Below, in pieces: positions 28,391-36,975 of a stretch of 64,000 bases of DNA. Both the position numbers and the translations under genes were made by a program. Each line of letters opens with the position of its first letter. Within the stretch, counting starts at the first letter, position 1. Location of the stretch: assembly GCA_902515565.1 (NCBI GenBank), contig CABXVR010000005.1:7745-71744 (forward strand). The letters run 5' to 3'. The DNA comes from an uncultured Bacteroidota bacterium (GTDB lineage Bacteria; Bacteroidota; Bacteroidia; Flavobacteriales; Flavobacteriaceae). The notes below the pieces were generated by a model, which was not told the origin of the DNA, searched no databases, and saw only the letters and a list, made by a program, of their open reading frames with translations.

Positions 28391-28421
28391 CAAATATAAA
28401 GTTTATATATTAACCAACAAA
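28391..28421 (-). promoter_or_regulatory. Bacteroidota sigma-A type promoter of rplU-rpmA (-33 TTTG, 19-nt spacer, -7 TATATTTG)
   Basis: The minus strand reads CATTTG TTGGTTAATATATAAACTT TATATTTG, about 40 nt upstream of the rplU ATG. It matches the published TTTG/TAnnTTTG consensus and spacing. Confidence 0.6.
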
Positions 28422-28517
28422 TGTTTTTAACTAAAACTAATTACACTAATTCACAAGATTAAACTATTCATACGGTCATTTAAAGTTATTAGTAAATATG
28501 TTTTGTAATAATTTTTG

Positions 28518-28525
28518 TAGTTTTG
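28518..28525 (+). promoter_or_regulatory. Candidate -7 box (TAGTTTTG) for the M16 peptidase pair
   Basis: TAnnTTTG match 47 nt upstream of the ATG at 28573. There is no well-spaced -33 TTG. Confidence 0.35.
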
Positions 28526-28572
28526 CTTTCCCCAATTTAATTTTAAGAAAATTATAACTAAAATAAAACATA

Positions 28573-29886
28573 ATGAAAAAAATCATTTTATTATTTTCTG
28601 CAGTGCTAGTTAGTAGTACGGCATTAAATGCTCAACAAGTAGATTTTACAGAGTTTGACTTAGATAACGGACTACATGTAATTTTACATCAAGATAATTC
28701 TGCTCCAGTAGTTACTACATCTGTAATGTATGACGTTGGAGGAAAAGATGGTGACAGAGAAAGAACTGGATTTGCTCACTTTTTCGAACATCTTTTATTT
28801 GAGGGTTCAAAAAATATAGGCCGAGGAGAATTTATGAAGATTATTCCTGCAAATGGAGGAAGTTTTAATGCAAATACTTCTCAGGACAGAACATATTATT
28901 ATGAGACTTTTCCCTCAAACAAGCTTGAACTTGGTTTATGGCTAGAATCAGAAAGAATGCTTCACCCTGTAATGGATCAAATTGGAGTTGACACTCAAAA
29001 TGAAGTAGTAAAAGAAGAGAAAAGACAAAGGTATGATGCTCCTTATGGTAAATTATTAAAAGCTTTAAATGATAATTTATTTAAGGTTCACCCTTATAAA
29101 GACCAAGTAATTGGTGAAATGGAGCACCTTGATGCTGCAACCTTGGAAGAATTTAGAGAATACCACAAAACATATTATGGACCTAACAATGCGGTCTTAA
29201 TTGTTGCAGGTGATATTGATTCGGCAGAAACAGAGAAACTGGTCAAAAAATATTTTGATGAAGTTCCTACAGGAAATGTAGTTGAAAGAAATTTTCCGAT
29301 GGAAGAACCAATAAGTGAAAATACAAAAGCTTTTGCGTATGATGAAAATATTCAAATTCCTATGTTATTGGCTACATTTAGAACTCCAGGATTCGCAAAT
29401 AGAGATTCTTACGTATTAGACATGATTTCTACATATTTAAGCGATGGAAAAAGTTCAGTACTTTACAAAAAATTGGTTGATGATCAAAAACAAGCTCTGC
29501 AAACACAAGTAATTAACTTAGGGCAAGTAGACTATAATATTTTTGCTATACTAGCTTTACCTCTAGGAGAAGTTGAACTTGACACCCTTCTTGAAGAAAT
29601 TGAAGAGGAAATAACTAAAGTTCAAAACGAGTTAATCTCAGTAAGATCATATGAAAAATTATTAAATAAATTTGAAAACCAATTTGTAAACTCAAATTCA
29701 AGTATTGCTGGAATTGCTAACTCACTTGCAAGATATTACATGTTATATGGAGATGTTAATTTAATTAATGAACAAATTGATATATATCGATCTATCACAA
29801 GAGAAGAAATTCAGATGGTTGCTAAAAAATATTTAAGCAAAAATCAAAGAGTAGATATAGAATATTTACCTGAACCTTCTAAATAA
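28573..29886 (+). CDS. M16 (pitrilysin) family zinc peptidase, catalytic subunit type
   Basis: Signal peptide and inverted zincin motif HFFEHLLFEG with a downstream Glu (EVVKEEKRQR region). Length is 437 aa. Confidence 0.88.
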   Translation: MKKIILLFSAVLVSSTALNAQQVDFTEFDLDNGLHVILHQDNSAPVVTTSVMYDVGGKDGDRERTGFAHFFEHLLFEGSKNIGRGEFMKIIPANGGSFNANTSQDRTYYYETFPSNKLELGLWLESERMLHPVMDQIGVDTQNEVVKEEKRQRYDAPYGKLLKALNDNLFKVHPYKDQVIGEMEHLDAATLEEFREYHKTYYGPNNAVLIVAGDIDSAETEKLVKKYFDEVPTGNVVERNFPMEEPISENTKAFAYDENIQIPMLLATFRTPGFANRDSYVLDMISTYLSDGKSSVLYKKLVDDQKQALQTQVINLGQVDYNIFAILALPLGEVELDTLLEEIEEEITKVQNELISVRSYEKLLNKFENQFVNSNSSIAGIANSLARYYMLYGDVNLINEQIDIYRSITREEIQMVAKKYLSKNQRVDIEYLPEPSK

Positions 29887-29910
29887 TAAATAAAATTAAA
29901 AATATTTAAA

Positions 29911-31989
29911 ATGAAAAATAGAATAATATTATTAATTACAACAATGCTAATAACATTTGGTGTTAGCGCGCAATTAGACAGATCAATTCAACCAGTTGGA
30001 GGGCCAACCCCTAAGATAAAATTGGATAAGCCTAAAGAATTTAAACTTAAAAATGGAATTAAAGTTTTAGTTGTTGAAAATCATAAACTTCCAAGAGTTT
30101 CTTACAGTTTGAGAATAGATGGGACCCCAATTCTAGAGGGTGAAAAGGCTGGAGTTCTTTCTATTTTAGGAGAAATGTTAGGAAATGGAACAACATCAAT
30201 CGAAAAAGATGTTTTTAATGAAGAGATTGATTATTTAGGAGCAAATGTTAGTATTGGTTTCAGAAGTAGTTTTGCAAGTTCCTTGACAAAACATAATGAT
30301 AGAATTTTAGAATTAATGGCAGATGCAATCATAAACCCATTACTGACCGTTGAAGAATTTGATAAAACCAAAGATCAACTAATTGAAAGTTTAAAAGCAG
30401 ATGAAAAGAGTATTGATGCTATTGGAAGTAGAGTAGGTAATGCTTTATCATATGGAAAAAATCACGTTTACGGGGAATTTATTACAGAAGAAACTCTTAA
30501 TAAAATATCCTACGAAGATGTAATAGATTTCCACAAAAAGTATACATATCCAAATAGTGCATATATAGTTGTTATTGGGGATGTTAATTATAAAGAAGTT
30601 AAAAAATCAATTACAGAAAAGTTTAGCGTGTGGAAAAAAGCTAAGAAAGTTGAAAATGATGTCCCTGTTCTTACTCCAAATGTTGGGTTAACTGAAGTTA
30701 ACTTTATAGATCTTCCTAGTGCTACTCAATCTAGCATTGGGGTCACTAACAATGTTGAATTAAAAATGAATGATGAAGATTATTTCACAGCTTTGATTAC
30801 TAACAATATTCTAGGTGGAGGTGGTGAAGGTTACTTATTTAAAAATCTTAGAGAAGATAAAGGATATACTTATGGTGCATATTCTAGCCTAGGTTCAAGT
30901 AGATATGGAGTTGCAAGATTTTCAGCTGGTGCTAAAGTTAGAAATATGGTAACAGATAGCGCAGTAACAGAAATTGTCAATGAGATAGTTAGAATTAGAA
31001 CTGAACTAGTTGATGCTGAATTATTAAAAAATGCAAAAGCTAAATATGTTGGTAATTTTATAATGAGATTAGAAAGACCTCAAACTATTGCTAATTATGC
31101 TCTTAATATAAAGTTAAACGACTTACCTGAAGATTTTTATGAAACTTATCTTGAAAAAATTAATGCTGTAACAGCAGAAGATGTAAAAAGAGTTGCGAAT
31201 AAATATTTTAAAATCGCAAATACTAGAATTATAGTTGTTGGAAAAGGTAGTGACGTTGTTGAAAATTTAGAAAAAGTAGGATTTCCAATTAATTACTTTG
31301 ACAAATATGCCAACGCTGTTGCTAAGCCAGTATTTAATAAAGCTATTCCAGAAGGAATGACGGCACTAGATGTAGTAGATAATTATATTAAAGCAATTGG
31401 TGGTAAAGATATGCTTCTTAATGTCAATACATTAGTATCTAACATGGATGTAACAATTCCAGGAGCTCCTTTTAAGCCTATGGCAATTTCAAAACAAATG
31501 ATGCCTAATAAAATTTCATTTGAAATGAAAGCTAATATGGGTGGGCAAACAATGTCACTAATGAAAAGAAACTTCAGTGGGGAAAAAGGTTACATGGAAC
31601 AGCAAGGTCAAAAAATGTTGATGAGTGAAGAAGAAATTATGGAAGCTAAAAATGTCGAAGGAATATTTGAAGAATTATACTACTCTAAAAATCAAACTGA
31701 ACTTCTCAGTATTAATTCTATAGATGGAGAAGATGTGTACAAAGTTAAAGTTGTGAAAAATGAAAAAACTTCATACAGGTATTATGCTGTTGAGAGTGGA
31801 TATTTAATTTCAATTGAAGAAGAAGATGAAAATAAAAATATCTCCTCAACTAAGTATGGTGACTATCGCAGTGTAAATGGTATTATGATGCCTTATTTTA
31901 TGCAAGTAAATGCTGGTGGGCAAAATTTAGAATTTAATACTAGTGAGGTAATGGTAAATACTGAATTAAAGGACTCTGACTTCTACTAG
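29911..31989 (+). CDS. M16 family peptidase-like protein, non-catalytic type with extra C-terminal domain
   Basis: Signal peptide and M16/M16_C folds by pattern, but HxxEH is absent anywhere in the protein. About 230 extra C-terminal residues look like a beta-rich lipoprotein-carrier-type domain. Confidence 0.75.
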   Translation: MKNRIILLITTMLITFGVSAQLDRSIQPVGGPTPKIKLDKPKEFKLKNGIKVLVVENHKLPRVSYSLRIDGTPILEGEKAGVLSILGEMLGNGTTSIEKDVFNEEIDYLGANVSIGFRSSFASSLTKHNDRILELMADAIINPLLTVEEFDKTKDQLIESLKADEKSIDAIGSRVGNALSYGKNHVYGEFITEETLNKISYEDVIDFHKKYTYPNSAYIVVIGDVNYKEVKKSITEKFSVWKKAKKVENDVPVLTPNVGLTEVNFIDLPSATQSSIGVTNNVELKMNDEDYFTALITNNILGGGGEGYLFKNLREDKGYTYGAYSSLGSSRYGVARFSAGAKVRNMVTDSAVTEIVNEIVRIRTELVDAELLKNAKAKYVGNFIMRLERPQTIANYALNIKLNDLPEDFYETYLEKINAVTAEDVKRVANKYFKIANTRIIVVGKGSDVVENLEKVGFPINYFDKYANAVAKPVFNKAIPEGMTALDVVDNYIKAIGGKDMLLNVNTLVSNMDVTIPGAPFKPMAISKQMMPNKISFEMKANMGGQTMSLMKRNFSGEKGYMEQQGQKMLMSEEEIMEAKNVEGIFEELYYSKNQTELLSINSIDGEDVYKVKVVKNEKTSYRYYAVESGYLISIEEEDENKNISSTKYGDYRSVNGIMMPYFMQVNAGGQNLEFNTSEVMVNTELKDSDFY

Positions 31990-32007
31990 TAGTAGATATT
32001 TATTTTT

Positions 32008-32046
32008 AAAAAAAAAACTCATCTTAATTGATGAGTTTTTTTTTGT
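32008..32046. terminator. Bidirectional Rho-independent terminator
   Basis: A-run, CTCATC, TTAATT, GATGAG, T-run. The A and T flanks extend the stem. The stop codon of the convergent EamA gene sits in the loop. Confidence 0.65.
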
Positions 32047-32911
32047 TAGATAAATAAACCCCTACAATAATTAATATTGTAGCTACTGCTTGATAAAAAT
32101 TAAATAGTTCTCCGTCTAAAATACCCCAAATTACAGAAACAATTAACATTGAGTAAGTTACAGAAGAAGCAAAAACAGGCGAAGAAATTTGAATTAACTT
32201 ATTAAATAATATTTTTGCCATAGCCGTACCAAAAAATGATAAGAGAAATACATAAATTAAAGAGTCATAAAGCAAATAATTATCAATAAATTCTAAATTA
32301 AAAAAGCCAGAATAAAATAATACTATAATTGAAGGAATAAAAATAACTGTAAATTGACCTGCAGCTATAGAAACTGCATTTACATCATAGAGATGTTTTT
32401 TTATTAAATTAACATTGATTGCATATAACACAGAACTAATTATTACTAGACCAGAGTATAAATAGTTTTGATCAGGATTTAAATCTGCTCCAGAGATTAT
32501 CAATGTACAAGTACCTATAAAGCCAATTAAAACTCCTAATGATTGAATTTTTGTTGTTGATATTTTAAATACTGCAAAACCTATCAAAACAGTATTCATC
32601 GGAACTAAAGAATTTAAAATGGATGCTACAGCACTATCAATTTGAGTTTCAGCGTACGCAAATAAAAAAGCAGGAAAAAAAGTGCCAACAAAAGCAGATA
32701 AAGATATCCATCTCCATTTTTTAATAGGAATAGTACTTATCCTATTAAATGCTATTAAAAAAATAATAATTGAAGAAAATACAATTCTTAATGAACCAAG
32801 CTGTAAAGCAGATAAACCAAGTAAACTTTTTTTAATAAGTATAAATGAACTACCCCAAATTAAAGATAAAGCTATTAAATAAGTCCATTTCTTTTGAATT
32901 CCTATATTCAT
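32024..32911 (-). CDS. EamA/DMT superfamily transporter
   Basis: 295 aa, 10 TM segments, duplicated EamA halves. Confidence 0.8.
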   Translation of the reverse strand: MNIGIQKKWTYLIALSLIWGSSFILIKKSLLGLSALQLGSLRIVFSSIIIFLIAFNRISTIPIKKWRWISLSAFVGTFFPAFLFAYAETQIDSAVASILNSLVPMNTVLIGFAVFKISTTKIQSLGVLIGFIGTCTLIISGADLNPDQNYLYSGLVIISSVLYAINVNLIKKHLYDVNAVSIAAGQFTVIFIPSIIVLFYSGFFNLEFIDNYLLYDSLIYVFLLSFFGTAMAKILFNKLIQISSPVFASSVTYSMLIVSVIWGILDGELFNFYQAVATILIIVGVYLSNKKKLIN

Positions 32912-33498
32912 ATATCACTCCATTCAACAGATTCAATTAGATGATAAATATCAGTCTTGATGTAGTCTAAAGCCGGCAAAACTGAATCATATTTAGTTTT
33001 AGATTTTAAATTTAAAATTCCAATTAATAAATTATTTACACTATCTGTGGCATAAAATTGGGTTGGAGAAGTTACATCTCCTTTAATATTGATAATTGAG
33101 GCGTATACTTTTTTATTTTGGTTTGTAAATTCTTGTATTTGAGGAGAGTTTGAAGATTTTTTTAAATGTATTGATGTAAAATCATTCAAATATTTGAGTC
33201 TATCATTTAGTTTATTGCTTTTATTTAAATTATAATATTCTAATTTGATTTCTGCATTTATCAGTGGGTATGAAATACTTTTTGAAATTACTGAATTGGC
33301 ATTAGTGATAGTTTTAATATTTGTAAATAATGTTGATGCAGTGTTTAGTTCTACAGTTGCGTTGTTAGTTCCTAAGACAATTTCTTTGTATGTAGGTGAT
33401 GGATAGTCTAATCTTAAATATGCGTTTGGTTTAGGTAGTTCAACATTTTTACATGAACAAAATAAAAACACAAGGAAATAAACTAATTTTAAATTCAT
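32908..33498 (-). CDS. gldD: Gliding motility lipoprotein GldD
   Basis: Lipobox (LFCSCKN) followed by PKPNAYLRLDYPSPTYKE, characteristic of GldD. It lies directly downstream of gldE, as in Flavobacterium johnsoniae. Confidence 0.75.
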   Translation of the reverse strand: MNLKLVYFLVFLFCSCKNVELPKPNAYLRLDYPSPTYKEIVLGTNNATVELNTASTLFTNIKTITNANSVISKSISYPLINAEIKLEYYNLNKSNKLNDRLKYLNDFTSIHLKKSSNSPQIQEFTNQNKKVYASIINIKGDVTSPTQFYATDSVNNLLIGILNLKSKTKYDSVLPALDYIKTDIYHLIESVEWSDI

Positions 33499-34748
33499 TT
33501 AATAGAAACTTTTACTTGCTTAATTCTTTTTTTATCAACAGATTCAATAGTAAATGTGTAATTTTCAAAAACTATCTTACTATTTGTTTTTGGGAAACTT
33601 TGTGAAATTTCTAAAATAAACCCAGCTATTGTTTCTGAATCACCTTTAAACTTATCAAATGGGCTTGAATCAATATTCAAGATTTTATAAAAATCTTTCA
33701 TGGATGTTTTACCTTCGAAAACATAATTAGAGTTATCTAACTTTGAAAAAAGCAAACTGTCGTCATCAAATTCGTCAGAAATATCTCCAACAATTTCTTC
33801 AATTACATCTTCCAATGAAATAACTCCAGAAGTACCTCCAAATTCATCAACTACTATAGCTAAATGAATCTTTTTTTCTTGGAATTCTTGCATTAAATCG
33901 TCTAACTTTTTGTTTTCAGGGATAAATAATGGTTTTCTCAAAGTTGAAAGCCAATCAAAGTCTTTTTTATCTAAAAAAGGCAACAAATCTTTCACATATA
34001 ATATTCCAATAATATTATCTAAATCATCTTTATAAACTGGAATTCTAGAAAAGTTATTTTCTACTGTGTTTTTTAAAACTTCCTTATAATTTAACAAATT
34101 GCTGTATGCATGTATATCTAATCTTGGACGCATTACTTCCTTAGTTTCTGTATTACCAAAGGATAAAATTCCCTTAAGTATTTTTTGCTCTTGCTTTGTT
34201 GTTTCATCAGGGCTAGTTAAATCTAAAGCGGATGAAATTTGATTAAGATTAATGTTTTGTTTTTTAATACTTAATTTATCTTTAATGAAATTTGATAACT
34301 TTTGCATTGGCAAACTAATTGGAGTAAGCATAAAATCTAATAATACAAGAGGGTATATAACAAATTTTGAAAATATTAGATTATTTCTACTAGCATAAAT
34401 TTTTGGTAATATTTCTCCAAATAATAAAATTAAAAAAGTAGCTGCTACAACTTCAATTATAAATTGCCAAAATGGGGAAGTGATATTTTTAAATATCACA
34501 TTTCCTATTTGGGTAAATAAAATTACTATTGCAATGTTTATAAAACTATTGGCAACTAAAATTGTTGCCAGTAATTTATTTGGATTAGTTAGTGATTTTT
34601 GAATTATTTGAACGTAACTAGACTTATCTTCTTTTTTTAACTGTGACTTAGATAATGAGAATAAGGCTACTTCAGAACCAGAAATCAAACCAGAAAAAAC
34701 AAGTAAAACAGCTAATATTAAACTGTAGTATATAATCGGATCACTCAA
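33495..34748 (-). CDS. gldE: Gliding motility-associated protein GldE (DUF21-CBS-CorC_HlyC)
   Basis: An N-terminal 4-TM DUF21 domain, a CBS pair and a C-terminal CorC/HlyC transporter-associated domain. Linked to gldD. Confidence 0.8.
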   Translation of the reverse strand: MSDPIIYYSLILAVLLVFSGLISGSEVALFSLSKSQLKKEDKSSYVQIIQKSLTNPNKLLATILVANSFINIAIVILFTQIGNVIFKNITSPFWQFIIEVVAATFLILLFGEILPKIYASRNNLIFSKFVIYPLVLLDFMLTPISLPMQKLSNFIKDKLSIKKQNINLNQISSALDLTSPDETTKQEQKILKGILSFGNTETKEVMRPRLDIHAYSNLLNYKEVLKNTVENNFSRIPVYKDDLDNIIGILYVKDLLPFLDKKDFDWLSTLRKPLFIPENKKLDDLMQEFQEKKIHLAIVVDEFGGTSGVISLEDVIEEIVGDISDEFDDDSLLFSKLDNSNYVFEGKTSMKDFYKILNIDSSPFDKFKGDSETIAGFILEISQSFPKTNSKIVFENYTFTIESVDKKRIKQVKVSIK

Positions 34749-34763
34749 TTAATAAATATTTAA

Positions 34764-35195
34764 TTAAAATGGTAAATCGTCATTTTCTGACGTTGGCTCT
34801 ACATTTGGCTTAGGTTCAACTTGTGCCTGTGAATTAGAGTTTGTAGGATTAGTTTCGTTTTTAGTGTTTAAAAAAGTAAACTCTTGACAATTAACTTCAG
34901 TTGAATATCTATCAATTCCTTTATCATCTTGCCATTTTCGAGTCTTAATCCTTCCTTCAACATATACTTTATCCCCTTTGGATAAATACTTTTCGCAAAT
35001 TTCAGCAGCTTTATTTCTAACAACAATGTTATGCCATTCAGTATTGGTAACTTTTTCGTTGGTTTGTTTATTTGTATATGATTCATTTGTTGCAAGAGGA
35101 AATCTACCGATACACCCACCTCCTTCGAAATTATGAATTTTAACATCATCACCTAAATGACCAATTAATATTACTTTGTTTAATGTACCTGTCAT
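34764..35195 (-). CDS. ssb: Single-stranded DNA-binding protein
   Basis: OB fold (NKVILIGHLGDDV, TEWHNIVV, KGDKVYVEGRIKTRKW), a Pro/Asn-rich linker and the acidic tip DDLPF. Confidence 0.95.
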   Translation of the reverse strand: MTGTLNKVILIGHLGDDVKIHNFEGGGCIGRFPLATNESYTNKQTNEKVTNTEWHNIVVRNKAAEICEKYLSKGDKVYVEGRIKTRKWQDDKGIDRYSTEVNCQEFTFLNTKNETNPTNSNSQAQVEPKPNVEPTSENDDLPF

Positions 35196-35250
35196 GATTT
35201 TTATTGATTAAATTTTTTTTATATAAATTAAGTAATTATTATTTAATTGT

Positions 35251-36288
35251 TCAAAAATACGACTTAATAAATCTACTTAGTACAATTGGGAAAGGATAAT
35301 TAACTAAGTTTTTAATTGGAGTTAGATTTGGACTTAAATCATCCATTTGTATTTTCCAATACTTAATATATAACTTTCGATGAGTTAAATTATGAATTTC
35401 TGGTTTAGGATTTATTAACTCAACTTCATATTTTGAAGATAAGATCGGATTTAATGTTTTTAGATTGCTAATTAGTTCAGTGATATTTAGCTCTTTATCA
35501 GAAATTATAAGTGGAAATTGATAAAGTTTCCACCAAATTCCCTTATCGTTTCTTTGCTCAATTTTAGTGTTATTATATGAATCAATGAATATTATAAAAT
35601 TAAAATGTTTGGTTAAAACTTTATGTTTTTTAATCTTAACAGGAAGTAAGTAAGTTGTTTTATTGCCATGAGCATTACAATCATCTTGAAGAATACAAAT
35701 ATCACATTTAGCCATTTTTGGTTTGCATACTAGAGAACCAAAGTCCATTAATGCCTGGTTATAATCTCCAATATTAATTTTTGGCAAAAGATCATATGAT
35801 AATTTCTCAAATGTCTTTATTCCTTTTGAGGAATTAATTGGAATATCAATACCAAAATATCTGGATAGTAGTCTAAAAACATTTCCGTCTAAAACAGCTT
35901 GTTTTTCCTCAAAACAAATTGAAGAGATTGCGCTAGCTGTGTATTTACCAATCCCTGGGAGTTTTAATAGTTGAAGAAATGTTTTAGGAAAAATTCCACT
36001 ATAATCACTGACAATAATTTTTGCAGTTTTATGTAGATTTCTAGCTCTAGAGTAATACCCTAATCCTTGCCAAAGTTTTAAAATTTCTTCCTCATGTGCT
36101 ATGGCCAATGAAAATACATCGGGGTATTTTTTAATAAATTTTGTATAATACGGAAGGCCCTGTTGTATTTGTGTTTGCTGAAGTATTATTTCAGACAGCC
36201 AAACGGAATATGGATCTTTATTTTTTCTCCATGGAAGATCTCTTTTATTTTTAGTATACCAATTATCTATTTGGGAGGTAAAATTCAT
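35251..36288 (-). CDS. mutY: A/G-specific adenine DNA glycosylase
   Basis: HhH-GPD motif (LPGIGKYTASAI), a 4Fe-4S Cys cluster (CKPKMAKCDICILQDDC) and a C-terminal NUDIX-like domain. Confidence 0.9.
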   Translation of the reverse strand: MNFTSQIDNWYTKNKRDLPWRKNKDPYSVWLSEIILQQTQIQQGLPYYTKFIKKYPDVFSLAIAHEEEILKLWQGLGYYSRARNLHKTAKIIVSDYSGIFPKTFLQLLKLPGIGKYTASAISSICFEEKQAVLDGNVFRLLSRYFGIDIPINSSKGIKTFEKLSYDLLPKINIGDYNQALMDFGSLVCKPKMAKCDICILQDDCNAHGNKTTYLLPVKIKKHKVLTKHFNFIIFIDSYNNTKIEQRNDKGIWWKLYQFPLIISDKELNITELISNLKTLNPILSSKYEVELINPKPEIHNLTHRKLYIKYWKIQMDDLSPNLTPIKNLVNYPFPIVLSRFIKSYF

Positions 36289-36348
36289 ATATTGAGAGGA
36301 TTGAGAGTAAAAATAAAGTTTATAATCAATAAATTAAATTAATTTGAC

Positions 36349-36380
36349 TTGAAATATTGATAATAAAATACATATATTTG
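36349..36380 (+). promoter_or_regulatory. Candidate promoter of the HU gene (-33 TTG, 21-nt spacer, -7 TATATTTG)
   Basis: TATATTTG at 36373..36380, 35 nt upstream of the ATG, with TTG at 36349..36351. Confidence 0.45.
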
Positions 36381-36415
36381 CTGGCGTTGAAAAATATAAA
36401 AAACAGATAAAATAA

Positions 36416-36706
36416 ATGACAAAAGCTGAAATTGTATCAAATGTTTCTCAAAAAATGGGAATAGAAAAAGCAGATGTTCAAGCAACAGTAGAATCATTCA
36501 TGAAAGAGGTTATAAGTTCTCTTGAAAATGGTGAAAATGTATATTTAAGAGGATTTGGAAGTTTTATAGTTAAAACTAGAGCTGAAAAAACCGGCAGAAA
36601 TATATCAAAAAATACTACGATTAAAATACCTGCTCATAATATTCCTGCTTTTAAGCCTGCTAAAACATTTTTAGAAGGTGTGAAATCTAAAGTTCAGGTT
36701 AGATAA
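36416..36706 (+). CDS. hup: HU family DNA-binding protein
   Basis: 96 aa with GFGSF...RTGRN...IPA..IP.FKP arm motifs. Confidence 0.92.
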   Translation: MTKAEIVSNVSQKMGIEKADVQATVESFMKEVISSLENGENVYLRGFGSFIVKTRAEKTGRNISKNTTIKIPAHNIPAFKPAKTFLEGVKSKVQVR

Positions 36707-36742
36707 TTACTTTATAAATATTAATTTAAAAAACAAAAATTT

Positions 36743-36832
36743 ATGCCAAGTGGTAAAAAAAGAAAAAGACACAAGGTAGCTACGCATAAACGTAAAAAAA
36801 GACGTAGAGCTAATCGTCACAAGAAGAAATAA
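36743..36832 (+). CDS. 29-aa hyperbasic mini-protein, probable bS22/THX-type small ribosomal protein
   Basis: Absent from the ORF track because it is too short. ATG at 36743 gives MPSGKKRKRHKVATHKRKKRRRANRHKKK and TAA at 36830..36832. The KRKRxK..HKRKKRRR pattern resembles bS22/mS38-type peptides. Confidence 0.6.
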   Translation: MPSGKKRKRHKVATHKRKKRRRANRHKKK

Positions 36833-36975
36833 TTAATTATTACTTCTTTTATCAAGTTCATTGAAATATAATTCATGTAAAATTTACGATCATCAATTTC
36901 GTATTCATGAATTTGTCGACTCACATTAAAATTAATAATCAATTTATGCTTTATGCATAAATAAAAAATAACTTT

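Noticed and set aside
32908-36288. The mutY-ssb-gldE-gldD co-directional cluster, considered as a novel linkage of DNA repair and gliding motility genes.
   Set aside because: As I recall, the same ssb/gldE/gldD arrangement was described in Flavobacterium johnsoniae, so this is conserved synteny rather than a new system.
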